A stretch of DNA of 45,214 bases from positions 1-45,214 of IMG/VR virus record IMGVR_UViG_3300025066_002035; one strand, given 5' to 3'. Of this stretch, positions 19,405-27,618 are shown one piece after another. Each line of letters begins with the position of its first letter. Position 1 is the first letter of the stretch. Below the pieces are notes generated by a model, which was not told the origin of the DNA, ran no database searches, and saw only the letters and a list, made by a program, of their open reading frames with translations. Origin of the DNA: a virus. Taxonomy: Duplodnaviria > Caudoviricetes. A program made the translations under genes and the position numbers.

Positions 19405-20817
19405 TTAACCTTCTGGGTCTGGGAGTGCCTTTACCATATCTATCACTTTCTGGAACGGGTAATAAACGCCCGGGTCATATTTATGATTTACTTCCGGTGG
19501 ATCGGGCACTCTCGCCTTGTGGTGAGATATCAGGCCACCGTCGCCCACATCCTGACTCACGGCCATCGGGGTGCCATCAGGGTTCTTGGCGCCGGCGGCC
19601 TTTCCCAGAGACTCGGCCGTCGGATAGTCCACCCTCGAGGCGCCGGAGCCATCGAGGCTAGGGTGGCCCTTGGAGTTAGATGTATAGCTTCCGGGCGACA
19701 AGCCCTCATACACTAAGGGAATGTTGAATTTGTCGCTCAAGTATTTAATCAATCCGGCTGATGCTCTGAGCATAGGATCACCCCAATTGTTGGGGTCGGC
19801 GGCGTGACCTTCGTGCTCAATATTAATAGAATTATAGTTTGTAACGCGGCCTTGAGTTGGTCCGATAGCAAATGGCGCCTGGTTATCGGGCATTAGTGCA
19901 TACACATTGCCTGATTTAGCCACAAAATATTGAGTGCTAGCTTTTCGTGTGAACATTTTGCCTTTGTTTGGTCCCCCTTTTCGATACCCAGCTAGCACAT
20001 CCAAATTCCCCTGCTCCCCGGGACTAATTTCTGTAGTATGGATAACGATCCACTTAATTTTTGACGCGTCGGCGTTCTTATTTGGTGTTTGGGATGGTTT
20101 GTGGCCATCCCAATTATAAGAACCATAAAACGTGGCGTCCTTGTAGAATTCTCCCATGTCCGCGGTGGTTATGCGGCGATTGGTGGTGTCTATATGACCT
20201 GTATACTTCTCGTCAGAGCCGTGCACATTCGCGCTGAGGGCGCCCAGGTTTGTGGGAGTGGTGCCACTGAAGCCCTCTACGAGTCTCTGGCCAGAAGAAT
20301 CGACACTTAGGTTTTCAATTTGAAGGTCTCTTGCGAGTACTTTAACAATTTTAGGATTCGAAAGGGTCGCAGGATTTTCATATCTTACTAGGACCATGCT
20401 GCCCAAGGGGATTACTTGAGCACCTGGCATCTCGGTATATACATCCGGGTATGTCCTTAGAATAGGATCTTTGTTTCCTTTTGGTGCTGGTCGCGGTTCT
20501 AGTTCTGGAATATATACTTTGTACGCCACATGAGCTTGTTGTACAGAATTATCCTCGGTGCTGCCTTGCGTATACTCCAAAAGCATTGATGCCTTATTCT
20601 GGTACACCGGAAATGTAACACTACGATATGATACGATAAACCCATTGAACTCCGAGCGGTCTTCTAACGTGTCTGGCTCGTAGGCCTGCTTCGCTCCTCG
20701 CTGTAGGCTTGTTGACGTAGAAGTCCGGCGCGGGTCCCCAGTAAGCTGAGATTGTTTTAGATCAGCTATTTCGTTCAGAGCGCCATAGCTAAGATCTTTT
20801 AACTTGATGCCAGTCAT
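19405..20817 (-). CDS. gp5-like OB-fold domain fused to N-acetylmuramoyl-L-alanine amidase (Amidase_2)
   Basis: C-terminus has IVIHTTE, ASTQYFV, NYNSINIEHEG, ISHH and KYDPG. The N-terminal ~160 aa are paralogous to the next gene and carry YKVYIPEL and PLGSMVLVRYEN...PKI (gp5 OB-like pattern). Confidence 0.8.
   Translation of the reverse strand: MTGIKLKDLSYGALNEIADLKQSQLTGDPRRTSTSTSLQRGAKQAYEPDTLEDRSEFNGFIVSYRSVTFPVYQNKASMLLEYTQGSTEDNSVQQAHVAYKVYIPELEPRPAPKGNKDPILRTYPDVYTEMPGAQVIPLGSMVLVRYENPATLSNPKIVKVLARDLQIENLSVDSSGQRLVEGFSGTTPTNLGALSANVHGSDEKYTGHIDTTNRRITTADMGEFYKDATFYGSYNWDGHKPSQTPNKNADASKIKWIVIHTTEISPGEQGNLDVLAGYRKGGPNKGKMFTRKASTQYFVAKSGNVYALMPDNQAPFAIGPTQGRVTNYNSINIEHEGHAADPNNWGDPMLRASAGLIKYLSDKFNIPLVYEGLSPGSYTSNSKGHPSLDGSGASRVDYPTAESLGKAAGAKNPDGTPMAVSQDVGDGGLISHHKARVPDPPEVNHKYDPGVYYPFQKVIDMVKALPDPEG
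20336..20817 (-). repeat. Copy 1 of a diverged ~480-bp duplication (shared 5' domain of the two lysin genes)
   Basis: Aligns to 21664-22145, with an offset of 1328 at both ends; the last 61 nt are 59/61 identical. Confidence 0.95.
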
Positions 20818-22145
20818 TATGCGGTTGCCTTATTTTCGCCCCACGGGGGGTGTACCTTGGGGATGGAGGCGCGATGAGTCTCGGCCGGATGAGAGCCGTC
20901 GTAATAAGCAAGCCACTCTGTGGGATAAAAGTCCGCTGGATGGAGCCTTGGGTGTCCTTGGTATTCTATAAAATGATCTGATACATCGAAGTGGAGATGT
21001 GCAGCTTCGGACATTCCCGTATCTCCTACATATCCTATAAGTTGGCCCTTCTTAACGGTGGCGCCCTTCCTAAGGGTAGATGGCATGTCCAGATGCACGT
21101 AACGAACATAATATCCTGAGGTGGTTTTTATCTGTATTGTGTTTCCGGCTCCATTTGGTTTGCCGTCGCGTTTGCAAATACTCGCGGGACTGTGTATCAC
21201 TTCTCCGTCCTCCACAGCATATAATGGAGTACCGGTTTTGGCACTGATATCTAATCCGCCGTGCAGTTTACCGGTGGAAGTCCTGTTATATCCACTAGAA
21301 ACGCGGAGGGCTGGGACACCCTCTCTACTATTTTTGCCTTCTCCCGGTCGTACGGGAAGTATGAAATCGCTTTTGGTATTCTTGAATTCCGGCGCGTTGT
21401 AGTCGCGTTTGCGCCAATCGTTTTGATGTAGTTGTGTACCGAGCTGATAGTCGCTACCTTTCACAAGAGTGACGCCTGTTGATCCGGCCTTTTTCTTTGG
21501 CTTGCTATAACTTAAGCACGAATGGTCTGTGCCCGGGCCGGGGATACTGCCATAATTTCCGCCGGGGCCGGTGTTTTCCAGAGATCGTGGTGGACCACCA
21601 GAGGAAAATCCGCCAGCGAGGCCACCGTTGTCGCCTAAGCCCTCGACGCCACCAACTTTCGACAGTACTTTAACAATTTTAGGATTCGAAAGTGTCGCAG
21701 GATTTTCATATCTTACGAGGACCAAACTGTTCAAAGGAATTACTTCCGAAGTAGATAGTTCAGAATACACATCTGGGTATGTCCTTAGGATGGGATCTGT
21801 GATACCCTTTGGCGCCGGGCGCGGCTCCAACTCTGGAATATACACTTTATAAGCTGTGTGTCCTTGCTGTGCGGATTCGTTGTCCGATCCACCGAACAAG
21901 TATTCTCTAAACATTGAGGCTTTGTTTTGGTATACCGGATGTGTTACTGCCCGGGATGCCACAACGAAACCATTAAATTCCGAACGGTTCTTGAGAGTGT
22001 TTGGTTCATACGCTTGTGCGGTGCCGCGCTGAAGACTTGTTGACGTAGATGTGCGGCGAGGGTCGCCAGTAAGTTGAGACTGCTTAAGGTCTGCTATTTC
22101 GTTCAGGGCGCCATAACTAAGATCTTCTAATTTGATACCAGTCAT
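20817..22145 (-). CDS. gp5-like OB-fold domain fused to M23 family peptidase
   Basis: HGGLDI, GTPLYAVEDG, YVHL, VKKGQLIGYVGDTG and AHLHF motifs; N-terminus shared with 19405-20817. Confidence 0.85.
   Translation of the reverse strand: MTGIKLEDLSYGALNEIADLKQSQLTGDPRRTSTSTSLQRGTAQAYEPNTLKNRSEFNGFVVASRAVTHPVYQNKASMFREYLFGGSDNESAQQGHTAYKVYIPELEPRPAPKGITDPILRTYPDVYSELSTSEVIPLNSLVLVRYENPATLSNPKIVKVLSKVGGVEGLGDNGGLAGGFSSGGPPRSLENTGPGGNYGSIPGPGTDHSCLSYSKPKKKAGSTGVTLVKGSDYQLGTQLHQNDWRKRDYNAPEFKNTKSDFILPVRPGEGKNSREGVPALRVSSGYNRTSTGKLHGGLDISAKTGTPLYAVEDGEVIHSPASICKRDGKPNGAGNTIQIKTTSGYYVRYVHLDMPSTLRKGATVKKGQLIGYVGDTGMSEAAHLHFDVSDHFIEYQGHPRLHPADFYPTEWLAYYDGSHPAETHRASIPKVHPPWGENKATA
21664..22145 (-). repeat. 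Copy 2 of the diverged ~480-bp duplication
   Basis: Aligns to 20336-20817. Confidence 0.95.
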
Positions 22146-22456
22146 TATTCTTCCTCTTCGAGATTCTCGTTTAGTAGATCGAATAATTGCTCTTTGTCGT
22201 CAGCAGACAGCCCCGTGCTAACAGATGTCTGGCGCTGGAGCAGACTGGCGAGCTTAACCATCTGTTCGTTTGACCTCTGAAGGTTTTCGATATATTTGGC
22301 CGCCATTGAGCCCATCTCTCGACGGGCGTTCTCGGAAGCCTTCATATCTTGTAGAGCATCCATAAGAAGCGACTTGGCCATGGCCCGGTCTTCTCGGATG
22401 TTGGTGGTAGTTTCTATTATGTAATCATCTAGATTTAGATTTCGCCGTTTTCCCAT
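22145..22456 (-). CDS. Hypothetical helical protein
   Basis: 103-aa ORF overlapping both neighbours (translational coupling). Confidence 0.75.
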   Translation of the reverse strand: MGKRRNLNLDDYIIETTTNIREDRAMAKSLLMDALQDMKASENARREMGSMAAKYIENLQRSNEQMVKLASLLQRQTSVSTGLSADDKEQLFDLLNENLEEEE

Positions 22457-23139
22457 TTGCCTTTAAATGTCCTATACCGTTTTCTGAGTTTGTTTAAGTT
22501 GTTCACGACTTGTTTGGTGTTCAGGCCAGTGATCTCTCTCAGGTATAAATAAATAGCTTTTTTATTGAAAATTTCGATTGTGTCGGCCGATTCCATTAAG
22601 ATTCGTACTGCCATCAAGACCTTTTTCTCATTTTCTTTGAGCATAAAGGAGTCCCAGGTATCTATTTCGTGGTCCAGAGAACCCCAAAACTCAATCTCTG
22701 TACGCTTTGAAAGATATGTAGGTTCGCGAGAAACTAGATTCTCTTCCATCTGATTAAGAAGATCCTCCATGAAGACTTCTGTCTGGTTTCTCTTCTTTGT
22801 CTTCTTGACTTTGTGAATAAACCAGTTCTTGGTTACAACAGAAAAATAGGAGAAGGCCTTCGACCCTTTGCTTGGATCATACTTGTTTAATATTGTGGTT
22901 AGCCAAACCTTGCAGTCATCCTTCAGATAATCTATGTTTGGCAATGTAGTAAAACGATAAGTATAAATTATCTTATCAACCATCTGATCAAGGGCTGGCT
23001 GTATATATTCAACATATAATTTCCCCCTAAGTTCTCTGTCGTCTGTGGATGCATATTTTATTATGGCATTTTCGTGAACAGAAGTAAAATAATGGTTCTT
23101 TGTTGACTTTTTACGCGTCTTCTTCTTCTTCGGCGGCAT
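22435..23139 (-). CDS. Phage RNA polymerase sigma factor, T4 gp55-like (late)
   Basis: Sigma region-2-like KYDPSKGSKAFSYFSVVTKNWFI, an N-terminal NHYF and a C-terminal HTH-like LREITGLNTKQV. Start placed at ATG 23139, downstream of GGAGG. Confidence 0.75.
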   Translation of the reverse strand: MPPKKKKTRKKSTKNHYFTSVHENAIIKYASTDDRELRGKLYVEYIQPALDQMVDKIIYTYRFTTLPNIDYLKDDCKVWLTTILNKYDPSKGSKAFSYFSVVTKNWFIHKVKKTKKRNQTEVFMEDLLNQMEENLVSREPTYLSKRTEIEFWGSLDHEIDTWDSFMLKENEKKVLMAVRILMESADTIEIFNKKAIYLYLREITGLNTKQVVNNLNKLRKRYRTFKGKWENGEI

Positions 23140-23431
23140 CGAGTTCTTCCTCCATCTCGGCATCTAGAGAATATTCAAATATACCCCTAAATCGTTCCAT
23201 TTCAGTACCGACATCTCTGGTTCTTTCCATCAGTTCTCGTATTATTGGTTCGCCATGATAGCTTTCCATACTATACATCGATTTCACAAAAACTTGAAAG
23301 GCTTTTGTGGTCAAGAACAGGTCAGCTAAATTTTCAGAAATAAAATAAAATTTCTTTAATAACTTAGCAACGTACCAAACTAATAGCAGGTTCACCGTGG
23401 CAGATATAATAAGCCATATGGTAATATTCAT
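23111..23431 (-). CDS. Hypothetical membrane-anchored protein
   Basis: N-terminal hydrophobic helix (ITIWLIISATVNLLLVWYV) and an acidic tail. Confidence 0.75.
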   Translation of the reverse strand: MNITIWLIISATVNLLLVWYVAKLLKKFYFISENLADLFLTTKAFQVFVKSMYSMESYHGEPIIRELMERTRDVGTEMERFRGIFEYSLDAEMEEELDAAEEEEDA

Positions 23432-23436
23432 CTGCT

Positions 23437-23685
23437 CTAGCGTCCTTTATCTAGTGTCTTTTGTTGCTTTTTAAGATCTACGCGGGCTTCTTTAATGAAA
23501 TCTTCGGTGATTTTGCCGACTTTATGCTTTTGTTTTGTAGCACGTGAAGTCGAAAAACTTGTCACCACCTTTAATAAGGTTTCCTTTTCATTACAAGCGG
23601 GGCACTCTGTTGCTGTTTCGTCTGAAAGATGTGATATGGTGCTCTCTTTTTTGCACGCAGTACAGCTATACTGGTACCGTGGCAC
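23437..23685 (-). CDS. FmdB-family zinc-ribbon protein
   Basis: MPRYQYSCTAC...CPAC...LLKV pattern. Confidence 0.85.
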   Translation of the reverse strand: MPRYQYSCTACKKESTISHLSDETATECPACNEKETLLKVVTSFSTSRATKQKHKVGKITEDFIKEARVDLKKQQKTLDKGR

Positions 23686-23686
23686 C

Positions 23687-23881
23687 CTATTTCTTCTCTA
23701 GGGCAACCAAGCGCTCGTTAATATTGTTTAGGTGTGTTTCTAGTTCACGCGCTTGTGTGCGCAATGCACCTCGCACAATGCTTTCGACAATGTCTTTGAC
23801 TGCACCGGGGCCCATTGTTTGCGGGGTAGTGGTAGTCGATTTAGTTGTCTTCTTTGTGGTTTTTCTGTTGGTAGTAGCCAT
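23687..23881 (-). CDS. Small hypothetical protein (Thr/Lys-rich N-terminus, coiled-coil C-terminus)
   Basis: ATG 23881 preceded by GGAGGAGG; fills the gap between neighbours. Confidence 0.7.
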   Translation of the reverse strand: MATTNRKTTKKTTKSTTTTPQTMGPGAVKDIVESIVRGALRTQARELETHLNNINERLVALEKK

Positions 23882-23882
23882 T

Positions 23883-24110
23883 TTATTCCTCCTCCAAGGT
23901 AATTGGTTCTTCTTCTTCATCTTCATTGGTTTGCACGGTGACTCCCTCTAGGGAGACGATCGGTGGATTTGTTACCACCAGTTCAGACTGACTAGAATCG
24001 TCAACCTGAAAGTTCATCTCCATTAAGACAGGAACAATGTCACTTTGTTCCATTAAAGATTTCTGTAGCGCCATCATCAGAGCGCCGACTGCTTGATTAG
24101 ATAATTTCAT
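23883..24110 (-). CDS. Small hypothetical protein
   Basis: ATG 24110 (MKLSNQAVG) preceded by AAGGAG. Confidence 0.75.
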   Translation of the reverse strand: MKLSNQAVGALMMALQKSLMEQSDIVPVLMEMNFQVDDSSQSELVVTNPPIVSLEGVTVQTNEDEEEEPITLEEE

Positions 24111-24126
24111 AATATTTTTCTCCTTA

Positions 24127-24972
24127 TTATTCTTCCGAGACTGCTCTTCCTTTGAGCATCTCCCAGTCTTTTTCTGGTCTAACTTCAAGATTTTTCTCCC
24201 AGACTCCCTCTAAGACAGACGGGGTAATTTCATTCATTTTAGCAAAATAAACTAATGCATTTAAGTCTTTAGGAAAACAAGAGCCGCCAAAGCCGCTTTT
24301 ACCGTCAGGGCCTGGGGTTGACAAGTGGGTAGCGCCGATCCGAGCATCATAGAGAGCGTATTCGACCACCTTATCGTAATCGACGCCGGCGCTGTCACAG
24401 ATCTGTTTGAACTCATTGGCAAAACTTACCTTAGTAGCCAAGAAACAGTTGATAAAATATTTTACTGATTCAGCAGTTTTGGAACCCGTCTTAACAATGG
24501 GAGTTTTCTGGAATACTTTCCTGAACATATTCTTGATGGCAGTTGTTGCTGGTCTGGGGCCCCCAATAATAATTCTGTTCTGATTTTTATAATCATCGAT
24601 GTAGTTTGCCTCCGTAAGAAACTCGGGGTTAAAGATAATATCAATATTTTTATGTGTACGATTTAATCTCTCGGTGGTTCCGGGAGGTACTGTCGACTTA
24701 ATCACTGCAATATTGTCCAGATTAAGATCATTGATTTCTTGAATTACTTTTTCTAAGATTGAAAGATCACAGGAACCATTCCGCCGCATCGGTGTCGGAA
24801 GACAAGTAAACACAATTTTTGATTTCTTGCATACTTCTTCGATTGATGAACAGGTCGAGACGTCCTCTTTAAACTTGTCGTAAGTTTCTATTGTGAAGTG
24901 ACCTTTCATCCCTTCACGGATCGCCGTGCCGACGAACCCTTGGCCTATTATTCCAATTACATCCTTACTCAT
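24127..24972 (-). CDS. UDP-glucose/GDP-mannose dehydrogenase family protein (short form)
   Basis: IGIIGQGFVG Rossmann motif, CLPTP, IKSTVPPGTT, FNPEFL and catalytic GFGGSCFPKD; start reassigned to 24972. Confidence 0.9.
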   Translation of the reverse strand: MSKDVIGIIGQGFVGTAIREGMKGHFTIETYDKFKEDVSTCSSIEEVCKKSKIVFTCLPTPMRRNGSCDLSILEKVIQEINDLNLDNIAVIKSTVPPGTTERLNRTHKNIDIIFNPEFLTEANYIDDYKNQNRIIIGGPRPATTAIKNMFRKVFQKTPIVKTGSKTAESVKYFINCFLATKVSFANEFKQICDSAGVDYDKVVEYALYDARIGATHLSTPGPDGKSGFGGSCFPKDLNALVYFAKMNEITPSVLEGVWEKNLEVRPEKDWEMLKGRAVSEE

Positions 24973-25849
24973 CGTTCTGTCCCTCAAAATTAAAGCACCT
25001 TTCGATTCCTTCTGTGATTTTCGTAGAGGCCGTCCAGCCGTGGTTTCGAAGAGGCGTGGTGTTGGCCAACGTAATAGCCACTTCGCCCGGGCGAGCGGCA
25101 ACATAATCAAATTCCACTGCGTGGTGCTTCTGCACTATGTCTCTTACTTCATTGAGGGAAATATTATCTCCCGTGCCCACATCGAAGACATCTCCAGCGA
25201 AGGCAGCATTATAATTCATACAATGAATATTGGCAGACACCACATCATCAACATGCACCATATCTCGGCGCTGTTCGCCGTCGCCAGTAATAAACGGTGT
25301 GATCCCTTCTAGGAGAGACTTGCGCCAATTGGCGATCGCGGTGGAATATGGTCCGTCTGCGCGCTGGTCTTCTGAATACACATTAAAGTACCGGAGACAC
25401 ACGGTGTCCAGGTTATATACTCCAGCATATATGCCACACTCTTTTTCAGTGATAAGCTTCTGTAGAGCATAAGGGTTAGTGGGGCCGTCGCCATTTCCCA
25501 TCACAGATGATGATGAGGAATAGATAACCCTCTTGACGGACTTGTTCTTCCGTGCAAAGTTCAGGAGTACTGAGCCCGCCATCACATTGTTATGCATCGT
25601 CTCAACAGGCTTTTCTAGACAGAGGCCGATCCTTGGCCAGCAGGCCATATGGAAAATGTATTCGGGTTCAAAAGAAGCATAGTGCGGGTGAAAACCTCCA
25701 TCGGTATCTTCAGCAAGACACGTGATTACATCCTGGGAAACATCGCTCGTTAGATCGATCCCCATAACTTCGTGGCCGAGTTCTTTCAATTTTGCATAAA
25801 GACGCGAACCAATGTATCCTTTATGCCCTGTTACTAAACATTTAGCCAT
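24965..25849 (-). CDS. NAD-dependent nucleotide-sugar epimerase/dehydratase
   Basis: LVTGHKGYIGS, YSSSSS, PYALQK (YxxxK), LRYFNVY, GDGEQRRDMVHV. Confidence 0.92.
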   Translation of the reverse strand: MAKCLVTGHKGYIGSRLYAKLKELGHEVMGIDLTSDVSQDVITCLAEDTDGGFHPHYASFEPEYIFHMACWPRIGLCLEKPVETMHNNVMAGSVLLNFARKNKSVKRVIYSSSSSVMGNGDGPTNPYALQKLITEKECGIYAGVYNLDTVCLRYFNVYSEDQRADGPYSTAIANWRKSLLEGITPFITGDGEQRRDMVHVDDVVSANIHCMNYNAAFAGDVFDVGTGDNISLNEVRDIVQKHHAVEFDYVAARPGEVAITLANTTPLRNHGWTASTKITEGIERCFNFEGQNDE

Positions 25850-26846
25850 TCTTAACCTGCTCTGCGATCCAAGCATAAGTCATCTCCATACCGACGCGGA
25901 GGGGCTGCTCATAATCCCAATCCAACTTCTCACGAATGAGGGCGTTGTCTGAGTTTCGGCCGCGTACGCCAACGGGGGTCGGGAAGCCGTATTTGTCTTC
26001 GAATCGTTGGCCATCAATATTATCGATTGACAGTGTTTTACCTGAAATGTCGATGGCCATCTCAGCGAACTTGTTGATCGCGATCATTTCTTCGGATCCA
26101 ATGTTGACTGGGCCCGCAAATGTGGGATGGTCCATAAGGCGTCTGGTAGCCTCTATACACTCGTCAATGTAGAGAAAGGACCTCGTCTGTGCACCATCGC
26201 CCCAAACTTCAATCTCGTCGCCCTCAGAGGCCACAGCGACCTTCCTACAGAACGCGGCAGGGGCTTTCTCTCGGCCGCCGTCCCAGGTACCCAAGGGTCC
26301 GAAGATATTATGGTAGCGAGCGACGCGGACTGTGAGCCCATAGTTGCGTGCGAAAGCAAACCAGAGGCGCTCACTGAATAGTTTCTCCCAGCCATATTCT
26401 GAGTCGGGCTGTGCTGGGTATGCTGAATCTTCAACACAATTGGGGTTGTCGGGGTCGAGCTGGTTGTGCTCGGGATACATACACGCGGATGAGGAGTAGA
26501 AGATTCGATTGACGCCTTTGTGTACGCACTGCTCGGCGATGTTGAGGTTGATCATAGCTGAGTTATGCATGATGTCGGCATCATTCTCGCCGGTGAACAC
26601 AAAACCAGCGCCACCCATATCGGCTGCGAACTGGTAGATCTCGTCTAGGTCGTCTGTTACCACCTGATCACAAATCACCGGATCTCGTAGATCGCCCTGT
26701 ACAAACTCGTCTGCGATGGCTGTAACATCGAAATACTCATGGAGCTTCAGATCCACGCCTCGGACCCAATGGCCTTCTTCTTTTAATCTCTTTACCATTG
26801 CTCCGCCGATAAAGCCTCCGGCGCCGCATACTAATATTCTTTTCAT
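25842..26846 (-). CDS. GDP-mannose 3,5-epimerase-like NAD-dependent epimerase
   Basis: GAGGFIG, FAADMGGAGF, SSACMYPE, AYPAQPDSEYGWEKL and GGREKAPAAFCRK are characteristic of the GME subfamily. Confidence 0.88.
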   Translation of the reverse strand: MKRILVCGAGGFIGGAMVKRLKEEGHWVRGVDLKLHEYFDVTAIADEFVQGDLRDPVICDQVVTDDLDEIYQFAADMGGAGFVFTGENDADIMHNSAMINLNIAEQCVHKGVNRIFYSSSACMYPEHNQLDPDNPNCVEDSAYPAQPDSEYGWEKLFSERLWFAFARNYGLTVRVARYHNIFGPLGTWDGGREKAPAAFCRKVAVASEGDEIEVWGDGAQTRSFLYIDECIEATRRLMDHPTFAGPVNIGSEEMIAINKFAEMAIDISGKTLSIDNIDGQRFEDKYGFPTPVGVRGRNSDNALIREKLDWDYEQPLRVGMEMTYAWIAEQVKNG

Positions 26847-27616
26847 TTGTTTTCTCCTAACAAACACACTGGTGGTGCTTCTAGTTTGTGTCGACTCATT
26901 ATATGACGTTGTGAGTAAATTTTTAATACCTCAATTTGTCGATCGTCAAGATTTTCTTCGCTATTTCCATTTTCATCATAATGACTTAATGCCCATTCTA
27001 GTTCTTTATAGGAGGCGCCAATTTGATCTTCGTCGCTGCGGTCGTCCTCCCAGAGTCCGTCTGTGGGGACCGCCTCAATGATCTCGGTGCTGACACCTAG
27101 ATGGAGTGCTAGCGTTCGCACTTCACTTTTTAGTAGATCCGCTATTGGACTCACATCAACGCCGCCGTCGCCATACTTAGTAAAAAAGCCAATCCCATAA
27201 TCCTCCACCTTGTTTCCAGTACCGGCAACAAGCAAGTTGTGAGTATTTGCTACTGCGTATAACATCGCCATTCGTAGTCGCGAGCGTGAGTTTACCAACG
27301 CAAGGTCTGACTGCTCTACATCTAGATTCTTGTAGCATTCGTATACATCTGTTAGGTCCACTGTTAGCTTCTGTACGCCTGGGTGCCATTCTTGGAGCCA
27401 CTCTATGTGATTGTTGGCTCGGGACACGTGTGACTCTGGTTGGTGTATGGGGAGAGTCACTGCATAGACCTTAAGATTTGTGAGTGCACAAAGTGTAGAG
27501 GTTAGGGCCGAGTCAATGCCGCCAGAGACACCAATCACATACCCCTCACATCCAGCATCTGCTGCTTTTTGCTGCAGCCACTCTACAATTCTCTTTTCTG
27601 TCTTTAGTACGTCCAT
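26843..27616 (-). CDS. nadE: NH3-dependent NAD+ synthetase
   Basis: GVSGGIDS, NSRSRLRM, GTGNKVE, GFFTKYGDGG, PIADLLKSEV, PTDGLW. Confidence 0.95.
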   Translation of the reverse strand: MDVLKTEKRIVEWLQQKAADAGCEGYVIGVSGGIDSALTSTLCALTNLKVYAVTLPIHQPESHVSRANNHIEWLQEWHPGVQKLTVDLTDVYECYKNLDVEQSDLALVNSRSRLRMAMLYAVANTHNLLVAGTGNKVEDYGIGFFTKYGDGGVDVSPIADLLKSEVRTLALHLGVSTEIIEAVPTDGLWEDDRSDEDQIGASYKELEWALSHYDENGNSEENLDDRQIEVLKIYSQRHIMSRHKLEAPPVCLLGENK

Positions 27617-27618
27617 AT

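Noticed and set aside
20336-22145. Duplication as a diversity-generating retroelement TR/VR pair
   Set aside because: Differences are not adenine-specific, both copies are coding 5' domains, and there is no reverse transcriptase in the window.
9194-22145. Baseplate genes as a bacterial contractile injection system or T6SS
   Set aside because: The context (gp55-like sigma, PhoH, tRNAs, Cas4-like nuclease, small phage-type ORFs, no housekeeping or membrane-complex genes) fits a large phage better.
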